Source: a virus
IMG/VR virus record: IMGVR_UViG_3300022602_000001
Reading direction: 5' to 3' (one strand)
DNA length: 64,000 nucleotides
Part shown: in pieces, positions 18,591 to 24,718 of the stretch
Layout of the letters: every line of letters begins with the position of its first letter
Position numbering within the stretch: position 1 is the first letter of the stretch
The notes under the pieces: generated by a model
What the model saw: only the letters and a program-made list of their open reading frames with translations
Told to the model about the DNA's origin: nothing
The model's database searches: none
Made by a program: the position numbers and the translations under genes

Positions 18591-19106
18591 ATGGCAAAAT
18601 TTGATCAGTACTTTCCAAGGATATTGGACTCAGAGGGCAGAGTGTACGAAAACGTTCCAGGAGACTCCGGTGGGTGCACTCACTACGGTCTAATTCTTGA
18701 CGACGTAAAGAGCTTTTTTAAAAAATTGGATGCTACCTGCGAGGACGTAAAGTCCTTGACAGAGGATGATGCTTTTAAAATGTACAAGAGCTTATACTGG
18801 GACAAGTTCTTTGCAGATGAAATACTGAACCAGTCAGTGGCAGAGTATGCGGTAGACGGCGCCATCAACCAGGGAGTCAGGCTGATATCAAAGTACGTCC
18901 AGGAGATTGTGGGAATTGCAGTGGACGGAGTTGTGGGAAAAAATACAGTTGATGCAATCAATGCCCACGATCAGAAGGACCTCTTTGACAGGCTGAAGCA
19001 GAAGAGAATCAACAGGTATAACGAGATTGTTGCAAACAATCCAAGCCAACAGAAGTTCTTGAAGGGGTGGATGAACCGCGTGAATTGCATATCCTTTAAA
19101 GCATAA
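18591..19106 (+). CDS. Endolysin, glycoside hydrolase family 108 with peptidoglycan-binding tail
   Basis: EG..Y.N.PGD.GG.T.YG, Y...YW, DGVVG..T, F.KGW.NR. Confidence 0.88.
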   Translation: MAKFDQYFPRILDSEGRVYENVPGDSGGCTHYGLILDDVKSFFKKLDATCEDVKSLTEDDAFKMYKSLYWDKFFADEILNQSVAEYAVDGAINQGVRLISKYVQEIVGIAVDGVVGKNTVDAINAHDQKDLFDRLKQKRINRYNEIVANNPSQQKFLKGWMNRVNCISFKA

Positions 19107-19121
19107 CTAAAATAATATCCT

Positions 19122-19388
19122 ATGACATTTAAGGAGTGGATAGTTGACCTATTCAAGGACGAGAGAGGAAGAACTTCAATAAAGCCCGTAGTCGCTTTTT
19201 TGGGAGCGTTGTTCCTTTGCGCAACAATGTGCACAAATTCCTACAGCCAGAGCAAGGTGAATCCTTCCGACAAGCTGGTGGACGCAGTGATGATAATAAC
19301 CGCAGTGGGGATGGGAGCGGACAGCTTAGACAAGTTCACAAAGAAAGATGGTGGAGATTCTCAGCCACCCACAGACAAACAGAGCTGA
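19122..19388 (+). CDS. Putative holin / membrane protein
   Basis: Two hydrophobic segments, directly after the endolysin. Confidence 0.55.
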   Translation: MTFKEWIVDLFKDERGRTSIKPVVAFLGALFLCATMCTNSYSQSKVNPSDKLVDAVMIITAVGMGADSLDKFTKKDGGDSQPPTDKQS

Positions 19389-19391
19389 TTC

Positions 19392-19751
19392 ATGAAAGAC
19401 TTAACAAAGCTGACGAGCATCCTATTTGAGGCACTGGACGAAGACATGGGCTTCTTGGAGTTCTCCTCAAAGAGGCTTGCAGGTGCAACAAAGATAGCGG
19501 ACGACGCAAAAAAGAAGGGAGGGCCAGCAATGCTCACGTACCATCACTTTTCAGTAAAGCTCCCGTACTACAGCAGGGCAAAAGATGGAAAGATGGATCC
19601 AGAGAAGTCAAAAGAGGAGTACAAAAAGCTTGTTGAGAGGCTCTCAAAGGCTGGAGACTCCATTGACATGACCCAGACAGAGTTCCAAAAGCTTCTCGGA
19701 AGAATAGAGTGCATAGGAGAGCTGATAATAAAATCAAAGAACAACAAATAA
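19392..19751 (+). CDS. Hypothetical protein
   Basis: Packed ORF. Confidence 0.65.
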   Translation: MKDLTKLTSILFEALDEDMGFLEFSSKRLAGATKIADDAKKKGGPAMLTYHHFSVKLPYYSRAKDGKMDPEKSKEEYKKLVERLSKAGDSIDMTQTEFQKLLGRIECIGELIIKSKNNK

Positions 19752-19762
19752 AAACTACAGTT

Positions 19763-20014
19763 ATGACAGAAACAAGAACATTTTTGAGAGTGAGGTGCGC
19801 CAAGGAGGACCCACACGGCCTGACACAGGTGGGAGAGCACTATACGGTGACCTCCTTCACCAAAGAGGGGAACTTCCTGCTGATGGAGTGCGATCCGCCA
19901 GACCCGTACAACTGTTTTGATTCCAACAGGTTTGAGGAGGAGGGACTCGTCCACTTTGACGTGGACTACGACCAGGACCTGGCGTACGAGGAAGAGTACT
20001 GGCAGAACAACTGA
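19763..20014 (+). CDS. Hypothetical protein
   Basis: ATG at 19763 after CAGTT leader. Confidence 0.6.
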   Translation: MTETRTFLRVRCAKEDPHGLTQVGEHYTVTSFTKEGNFLLMECDPPDPYNCFDSNRFEEEGLVHFDVDYDQDLAYEEEYWQNN

Positions 20015-20109
20015 TTTGGCTGAAAGTACAGTGAGAAGACTGGGCGGATTTTGGCCCGCGATTGTAGAGCTTACGCTCCCGCACGCCAATGCGGGAAAAT
20101 TTAGCCAAA
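20015..20109 (+). ncRNA. Candidate multibranch structured RNA
   Basis: TTTGGCTGAA/TTTAGCCAAA closing stem with internal hairpins GGGC/GCCC, GCG/CGC, TCCCGCA/TGCGGGA. Confidence 0.4.
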
Positions 20110-20197
20110 CTAAAAAGATAAATTTTTCTTACAAAAGAATGTTGAGTACTTTTACTATGTAACAACAAAACAAGCATATTTATAAACAAACAGCAGA

Positions 20198-20350
20198 ATG
20201 AGGCACACAACATCACACAAATCAAATTGGAAGGCAGAATCCGTTATAAGAAATCAGCCGGAGTATTGCTTTATGCCCATTCAAAGTAACGACGGGATGA
20301 GCAGAGTCTCAAAGAGTTCGGAAAGTAATGAAGAGGACGATTGTAAGTAA
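20198..20350 (+). CDS. Putative attenuator leader peptide (50 aa) of the tRNA array
   Basis: MRHTTSHKSNWKAESVIRNQPEYCFMPIQSNDG...; lies between promoters and a terminator that precedes the first tRNA. Confidence 0.6.
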   Translation: MRHTTSHKSNWKAESVIRNQPEYCFMPIQSNDGMSRVSKSSESNEEDDCK

Positions 20351-20370
20351 ATTATAAATCTCAAATCATG

Positions 20371-20411
20371 AAAAGCCCCGAACCTAAAAAATTCGGGGTT
20401 TTTAATTTTTT
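20371..20411 (+). terminator. Intrinsic terminator (candidate attenuator) upstream of tRNA-Phe
   Basis: AAAAGCCCCGAA-loop-TTCGGGGTTTTT then AATTTTTT. Confidence 0.8.
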
Positions 20412-20413
20412 CC

Positions 20414-20486
20414 GGTGCTCAAGCTAACTTGGTAGAAGCGTAAGTTTGAAAAACTTAAGGACTCGGGTCGAAACCGAGGAGCACCA
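20414..20486 (+). tRNA. tRNA-Phe(GAA)
   Basis: GGTGCTC/GAGCACC acceptor; TAAGT-TTGAAAA-ACTTA. Confidence 0.85.
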
Positions 20487-20542
20487 CAAAAAAACAAACA
20501 TGAAAAAAATAACAATGCATTAGGTACCAAACCTAATGTAAA

Positions 20543-20725
20543 GTGAAAGTAAAAAAACTAAAAAATTCATCCTGCAGCAGAGAATACACAATAAGGATGA
20601 AGGGCTACAAAGTGTACTGTACAGTGTGCAACAGACGAGCAGGAGTGTTCAATGCATACTGTGGAAAGGAGAGCAAAAAACAAAACAGAAACTGGAAAAA
20701 CTACAGAAAAACAAAATGGAAGTGA
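20543..20725 (+). CDS. Small basic Cys-containing hypothetical protein
   Basis: ORF within tRNA array; CxxC and RNWKNYRK. Confidence 0.5.
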   Translation: MKVKKLKNSSCSREYTIRMKGYKVYCTVCNRRAGVFNAYCGKESKKQNRNWKNYRKTKWK

Positions 20726-20775
20726 AAAACTATAAACGAAAGCAGTAGGCTCCCCCTTGACAGAGGGAGCAGAAC

Positions 20776-20849
20776 TCCCTCTTAACTCAGCGGTCAGAGT
20801 ACTATACTTTTAATATAGGAGTCGCTCGGTTCAAATCCGGCAGGGGAAC
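20776..20849 (+). tRNA. tRNA-Lys(TTT)
   Basis: CTATA-CTTTTAA-TATAG; GGTTCAAATCC T-arm. Confidence 0.8.
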
Positions 20850-20882
20850 ACAGTTGATCTTTGACATAACAAAACCAAGAAA

Positions 20883-20956
20883 CACGTCTTAGCATAAGAA
20901 ATGCAGCAGGCCTCCAAAACCTTGCATGGACAGAGTTTGATTCTCTGAAGACGTGC
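20883..20956 (+). tRNA. tRNA-Trp(CCA), imperfect
   Basis: ACGTCTT/AAGACGT; CTCCAAA loop; CAGAG/CTCTG T-stem. Confidence 0.65.
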
Positions 20957-20961
20957 AGCAC

Positions 20962-21035
20962 GCTCTAGTAGCTCAATTGAAGAGAGCATTTGACTACGAA
21001 TCAAAAGGTTGAACGTTTGAGTCGTTCCTAGAGCC
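20962..21035 (+). tRNA. tRNA-Arg(ACG)
   Basis: GCTCTAG/CTAGAGC; TTTGA-CTACGAA-TCAAA. Confidence 0.88.
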
Positions 21036-21047
21036 AATTTTTTAAAT

Positions 21048-21120
21048 AGTCGAGTGGCCGAGAGGATTAAGGCACAGGGCTGCAAACCCTGCCACGTCAG
21101 TTTGACTCTGACCTCGACTT
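21048..21120 (+). tRNA. tRNA-Cys(GCA)
   Basis: AGTCGAG/CTCGACT; CAGGG-CTGCAAA-CCCTG. Confidence 0.88.
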
Positions 21121-21176
21121 CTAAAATAAATTTTTTTGTTTGATTGATTGTTTGTACATTTATCTGACTCTAATAT

Positions 21177-21249
21177 CTAGGTGTGGCCGAGTTGGTAAGG
21201 CACTAGCTTTGGGAGCTAGACCAAGCAGGATCGTCACCTGTCGCCTAGA
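21177..21249 (+). tRNA. tRNA-Pro(TGG)
   Basis: CTAGGTG/CGCCTAG; CTAGC-TTTGGGA-GCTAG. Confidence 0.85.
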
Positions 21250-21257
21250 CAAAATTT

Positions 21258-21330
21258 GGGGATGAAGCTCTAGTGGATGAGCGTGTGCTTTGCAAGCACG
21301 ATGGTGCGGTTTCGAGTACCGCCTTCTCCA
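21258..21330 (+). tRNA. tRNA-Ala(TGC)
   Basis: GGGGATG/CTTCTCC; GTGC-TTTGCAA-GCAC. Confidence 0.82.
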
Positions 21331-21335
21331 CCCTC

Positions 21336-21410
21336 GGGCGCTTCGCTTAGTTGGTTTTAAAGCCCTTGCCTTACAAGCAAGAGATCATTCGTTCGATTCG
21401 GAGCGCGGCA
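21336..21410 (+). tRNA. tRNA-Val(TAC), degenerate 3' acceptor strand (possible pseudo-tRNA)
   Basis: CTTGC-CTTACAA-GCAAG; GTTCGATT loop; acceptor pairs poorly. Confidence 0.6.
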
Positions 21411-21428
21411 ACAGTGCTTTTTGAAAAT

Positions 21429-21500
21429 TGCCTGATGGTGTAATGGTAAACATTCCAGATTTTGGATCTGGGGATTTTAGTTCGAGTCTAAATCGGGCAA
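21429..21500 (+). tRNA. tRNA-Gln(TTG)
   Basis: TGCCTGA/TCGGGCA; CCAGA-TTTTGGA-TCTGG. Confidence 0.88.
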
Positions 21501-21502
21501 CT

Positions 21503-21853
21503 ATGGAAATCAAATTTTACAAAGAGAAAAACGACCTTTGGTACGTAGACCTTCCAGAGTACATAGAGTCGGGAGGCACAAAGGAGGACTGTCAAATGGT
21601 GGCAGGAGCGGACGACTGGTTGGACGTGTTGTCCCAGGGAGAAAGCAGGGTGGTTCTCGAAATCCAAACGGTCCCATTCGACGGAGCAAACTCCCTAACC
21701 ATGGACGAGCTTCTAACAGATGCCTTTGGATACGGCGCCTACTACAAAGTGGAAAAGTACAACGGCGTGGACTATCCAGACCTTTCAATTTGGCTGTGCC
21801 CAGTGACAGTCTACGTGTTCGGAGAGTATCCAAAGACAATCTACTACAGGTAG
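21503..21853 (+). CDS. Hypothetical protein (DUF6717-like)
   Basis: True start likely ATG 21503 after tRNA-Gln; WYVDLP, MVAGAD..LD, WLCPVT..VFG.YP. Confidence 0.7.
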   Translation: MEIKFYKEKNDLWYVDLPEYIESGGTKEDCQMVAGADDWLDVLSQGESRVVLEIQTVPFDGANSLTMDELLTDAFGYGAYYKVEKYNGVDYPDLSIWLCPVTVYVFGEYPKTIYYR

Positions 21854-21858
21854 TTATT

Positions 21859-21942
21859 GGAAGAGTAATTCTAGCGGCCTAGAATCCAGTCTTGAAAACT
21901 GTGAGTGCCTCAGGGCATGGGGATCGACACCTCACTTTTCCG
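21859..21942 (+). tRNA. tRNA-Ser(TGA)
   Basis: GGAAGAG/CTTTTCC; CAGT-CTTGAAA-ACTG; long variable arm. Confidence 0.85.
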
Positions 21943-21944
21943 CT

Positions 21945-22015
21945 GGCCTAGAAGCTTTAAGGTGAAGCGCAAGTTTGTGGCACTTGAGAATCCGGATCGG
22001 TACCGGGCTTGGCCC
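21945..22015 (+). tRNA. tRNA-His(GTG)
   Basis: CAAGT-TTGTGGC-ACTTG; GGCC/GGCC acceptor. Confidence 0.82.
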
Positions 22016-22031
22016 CCCCCCCCACAGAAAT

Positions 22032-22118
22032 GGATGGTGAGCAGAGGGTTCTGCAGCTGGTTTGCTAAACCGGCGATCGTTCAAAAAGGCGGTTGAATTT
22101 CGATTATTCCGCCATCCG
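22032..22118 (+). tRNA. tRNA-Ser(GCT)
   Basis: GGATGG/CCATCC; CTGGT-TTGCTAA-ACCGG; long variable arm. Confidence 0.8.
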
Positions 22119-22133
22119 CTGAGTTTAAAAAAT

Positions 22134-22207
22134 GCTCATCTAGCTCAACTGGTTGGAGCACCCGCCTGATACGCGGGAGGTTGTTGGCTCGAATCCAACG
22201 ATGAGCA
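22134..22207 (+). tRNA. tRNA-Ile(GAT)
   Basis: GCTCATC/GATGAGC; CCCGC-CTGATAC-GCGGG. Confidence 0.88.
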
Positions 22208-22254
22208 CAGGTCAGTTTGCTATTTCTGCGTGGAGTTAAAAAATAGCTGTTTTA

Positions 22255-22326
22255 GCCTTCGTCGTATAAAGGTCAGTACGAAAGACTGTTAATCTTTTTG
22301 TCCAAGTTCGAGTCTTGGCGAAGGCG
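22255..22326 (+). tRNA. tRNA-Asn(GTT)
   Basis: GCCTTCG/CGAAGGC; AAAGA-CTGTTAA-TCTTT. Confidence 0.88.
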
Positions 22327-22500
22327 CTAAAAATAAAATGTGAAGACTAAAAAAATAAACTTTTTTCATTCATCCGCATTGTATACTTTTACTCTATAAT
22401 AGCAACTAATAGATCTTTGAAAATAAAGACAATAAACTTACACGTAAGGGATTGTGAGCCAGCCGAAAGGTTGCAATTACTCACTTTCCCAGGAAATTTT

Positions 22501-22608
22501 GATGAATAGCAAGGACCAGCGTTACTTCGCGTGCATGGTGCACAATTTTTATGTTAAAAAAATACAGAGGTTCAATTCCTCCTGAAACGCTACCAATTTT
22601 CTTTCATC
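22501..22608 (+). ncRNA. Scaffolded tRNA-like RNA, copy 1 (Y-RNA-like candidate)
   Basis: GATGAA/TTCATC and AGCGTT/AACGCT stems enclosing D-like, anticodon-like and GAGG-TTCAATT-CCTC T-arm hairpins. Confidence 0.6.
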
Positions 22609-22614
22609 TAAATC

Positions 22615-22687
22615 GTTCCCGTCGTCTAATGGTCAGGACAGCCCCCTTTCACGGGGCAAATTTCGGTTCGAGTCCGTGCGTGGAACA
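22615..22687 (+). tRNA. tRNA-Glu(TTC)
   Basis: GCCCC-CTTTCAC-GGGGC; GGTTCGAGTCC. Confidence 0.85.
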
Positions 22688-22696
22688 CAAAAATTC

Positions 22697-22770
22697 GGAG
22701 TAGTGGTTGAATGGTTTACAACACCGGCTTGTCGCGCCGTGAGGTGGGGGTTCGAGTCCCCCTTATTCCG
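22697..22770 (+). tRNA. tRNA-Asp(GTC)
   Basis: CGGC-TTGTCGC-GCCG; GGGGG-TTCGAGT-CCCCC. Confidence 0.85.
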
Positions 22771-22787
22771 CCTTGACTTTTTTAAAC

Positions 22788-22864
22788 GTATTCGTATAGG
22801 CTCTGTCTCATAAACAGTTGAAACCTTAACAGGTTACATGAGAGTTCGATTCTCTCCGAATACA
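22788..22864 (+). tRNA. Atypical tRNA(CAT): no D-arm, long variable arm
   Basis: GTATTCG/CGAATAC; CTGT-CTCATAA-ACAG; GAGAG-TTCGATT-CTCTC. Confidence 0.65.
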
Positions 22865-22889
22865 CTCTGGACTTTTTGAAATAAAGACA

Positions 22890-23024
22890 TTAGTCATAGT
22901 AATAGAAAGCGTTTCATCGTGTGGGTTCGATTCCCATTTTTTGCGACTGCAAAAATAGCCAAATGGTTAAGGCACCAAATTCGTAATTTGTAAAACAAAC
23001 ACGCTCCTAAAATTTCTTGACTAA
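22890..23024 (+). ncRNA. Scaffolded circularly permuted tRNA-like RNA, copy 2 (Y-RNA/YrlA-like candidate)
   Basis: Order T-arm, loop-closed 7-bp acceptor (TTTTTGC-GACT-GCAAAAA), D-arm, anticodon-like arm (CGT), inside TTAGTCA/TGACTAA and AGCGT/ACGCT stems. Confidence 0.72.
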
Positions 23025-23037
23025 ATTATTTGATCAC

Positions 23038-23110
23038 AGCTGGTGGGAGGTAAGGTATCTCGTTGGTCTCATAAGCCAAAATAACCCCGTTCGATTCGGG
23101 GACGCAGCAA
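23038..23110 (+). tRNA. tRNA-Met(CAT), possibly initiator-like
   Basis: TTGGT-CTCATAA-GCCAA; CCCCG-TTCGATT-CGGGG. Confidence 0.75.
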
Positions 23111-23129
23111 CTAAAGTGAAGTAAAGTAC

Positions 23130-23384
23130 AATCTAGAGCAGCAGTACCCATAGGGCAACATTGCGTACCCCTGAATTGACAGGCCGTTTATTGAAACAGA
23201 TAAGCGTGGTGGGATTTCTACCTGCGAATGGCCAGTCGCTACTACTGGTGTCTGAGTGGGTGTAATTAACCTTTCCTCCCGAAGTGGGAGGCTTACTGTA
23301 CGTGCTGGTACAGACAGGGATAATACCTTGATGGAAGGAGCCGGTTAATTACCGTATTACCGTAGCAGGCTGCTGCTCTAGATT
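23130..23384 (+). ncRNA. Large multibranch structured RNA of unknown family
   Basis: 16-bp terminal stem AATCTAGAGCAGCAGT/GCTGCTGCTCTAGATT; inner GTAATTAACC/GGTTAATTAC and several hairpins. Confidence 0.7.
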
Positions 23385-23385
23385 T

Positions 23386-23457
23386 GGCGCCGTAGTTCAA
23401 AGGCAGAACATTTGGCTCATATCCAAAAGGTTGAGATCTCAGAATTCTCCGGCGCCA
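23386..23457 (+). tRNA. tRNA(CAT) (Met or Ile2)
   Basis: GGCGCCG/CGGCGCC; TTTGG-CTCATAT-CCAAA; non-canonical T-loop. Confidence 0.78.
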
Positions 23458-23583
23458 CGAAGAGCATGAAGGCCACATGATCGTAGATCCTCTCAGCCTC
23501 TCAACGATGCACACTGTAGAGCCAGACCGTAGGCTGGATGAGTTGACAACTTACTCACTGACTTTAGAAAAGTTGTAAATTTT

Positions 23584-23656
23584 GCCTGAATAACTCAATT
23601 GGTAGAGTATCTCATTTGTAATGAGAAGGTTGCGGATTCGATTTCTGCTTCAGGCT
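23584..23656 (+). tRNA. tRNA-Thr(TGT)
   Basis: GCCTGAA/TTCAGGC; TCTCA-TTTGTAA-TGAGA. Confidence 0.88.
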
Positions 23657-23684
23657 CAAAAATAGCAGCATTGCTGCTTTTCAT

Positions 23685-23759
23685 GCGACAGTCGTATAAT
23701 GGTCATTACTCCATCCTTCCAAGTTGGAGATGAAGGTTCGATTCCTTTCTGTCGCTCCA
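23685..23759 (+). tRNA. tRNA-Gly(TCC)
   Basis: GCGACAG/CTGTCGC-TCCA; CTTCCAA loop. Confidence 0.88.
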
Positions 23760-23785
23760 GTGGACTTTTTTGAAATTGGTCAATT

Positions 23786-23859
23786 GATCCCATAGCTCAA
23801 CTGAACAGAGCAATTGCCTTCTAAGCAATAGGTTTCCAGTTTGAATCTGGATGGGATCA
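23786..23859 (+). tRNA. tRNA-Arg(TCT)
   Basis: GATCCCA/TGGGATC; ATTGC-CTTCTAA-GCAAT. Confidence 0.88.
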
Positions 23860-23874
23860 CTTTAAAAATGAAAC

Positions 23875-24201
23875 ATGACAGCAAGAGAGTTGAAGGACCA
23901 CATTCTAAATTACATGACGGCAGAGGAGGCTCTTGAGAGGCTCATTGCGTCCACTGTGAAAAATTTAAACGAAGAAGAGGAAAGTTCCCATGAAAGAATC
24001 TACCTCGAGGAGGACCAGGAATCTGAATTAGACGAGACAGACACCGAATTGCCCAACTACAATTCTCCCTACTTTGAAATAATTACTGCAGCAAAGAAGC
24101 TGGGCTGGGACATAGCGATTCAAGGGGACAAGGACTTTGTGAGAGGGATATCGATAGGCACGGCTGAGTACTTGGACGAGAACATAAAACATACAACATG
24201 A
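23875..24201 (+). CDS. Acidic hypothetical protein
   Basis: ORF within tRNA array. Confidence 0.65.
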   Translation: MTARELKDHILNYMTAEEALERLIASTVKNLNEEEESSHERIYLEEDQESELDETDTELPNYNSPYFEIITAAKKLGWDIAIQGDKDFVRGISIGTAEYLDENIKHTT

Positions 24202-24407
24202 TAATTTTATTCGTTTACCACATAATCGCTGTTGCGTATTGCATGTGGAGAATTCTAAAGAGGTACAAGAAGTCCTCCTTGGACGGAGTCATAGGAACCA
24301 GCCCTGGGTTGGACACCTTGGCGGTGGTTTTTTTGGCGCCGCTGCTGATGCCCCTGGATCTTCTGATCACTCTGGCAGGGCTCAAAAAGAAGAAGGAGTC
24401 CGCATAA
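24198..24407 (+). CDS. Small membrane protein
   Basis: Two hydrophobic segments; ATGA overlap. Confidence 0.6.
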   Translation: MIILFVYHIIAVAYCMWRILKRYKKSSLDGVIGTSPGLDTLAVVFLAPLLMPLDLLITLAGLKKKKESA

Positions 24408-24420
24408 ACTTTTTAAAAAC

Positions 24421-24547
24421 TGGCGGGTGGTGAAAAGCTACATGGTGGCTGGGTAAACACACCTCATAGTCTCTGAGGCGCGGAACAGGAAATAGATTGC
24501 AATTGCCGTTGAATCCCCGCTTGTTGGTTCAAGCCCAACCTCGCCAG
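24421..24547 (+). ncRNA. Enlarged tRNA-like RNA (GTC at anticodon position)
   Basis: TGGCGGG/CTCGCCA; hairpin inserted in D-loop; CCTCA-TAGTCTC-TGAGG; ~45-nt variable arm; GTTGG-TTCAAGC-CCAAC. Confidence 0.65.
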
Positions 24548-24551
24548 CGAC

Positions 24552-24626
24552 GCTCTTGTAGCCCAATTGGAAGGAGGCAACAGACTTAGGATCTGTGCAG
24601 TATCAGTTTGAATTTGATCATGAGCA
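24552..24626 (+). tRNA. tRNA-Leu(TAG), short variable region
   Basis: ACAGA-CTTAGGA-TCTGT; GCTC/GAGC acceptor. Confidence 0.8.
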
Positions 24627-24718
24627 CTGAACTTTTTAAGCCACAACAAAAAACAATTCTCTAAAATTCAACATGGAGCAAGTCGTGCCTTTATATTTAT
24701 TCTAAAAAGCTTTGTCTC

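Noticed and set aside
22448-22490. SRP RNA for the GAAA-capped hairpin
   Set aside because: Lacks the conserved CAGG/AGCA internal loops; treated as an unassigned leader hairpin
23525-23580. Hammerhead ribozyme (CTGGATGAG...GAAA)
   Set aside because: Core is not CTGATGA and stem II does not close onto the GAAA
20831-24649. Short ORFs overlapping tRNAs (20831-21085, 21428-21502 extension, 21905-22096, 23293-23514, 24464-24649)
   Set aside because: Sequence is explained by tRNA/ncRNA structure
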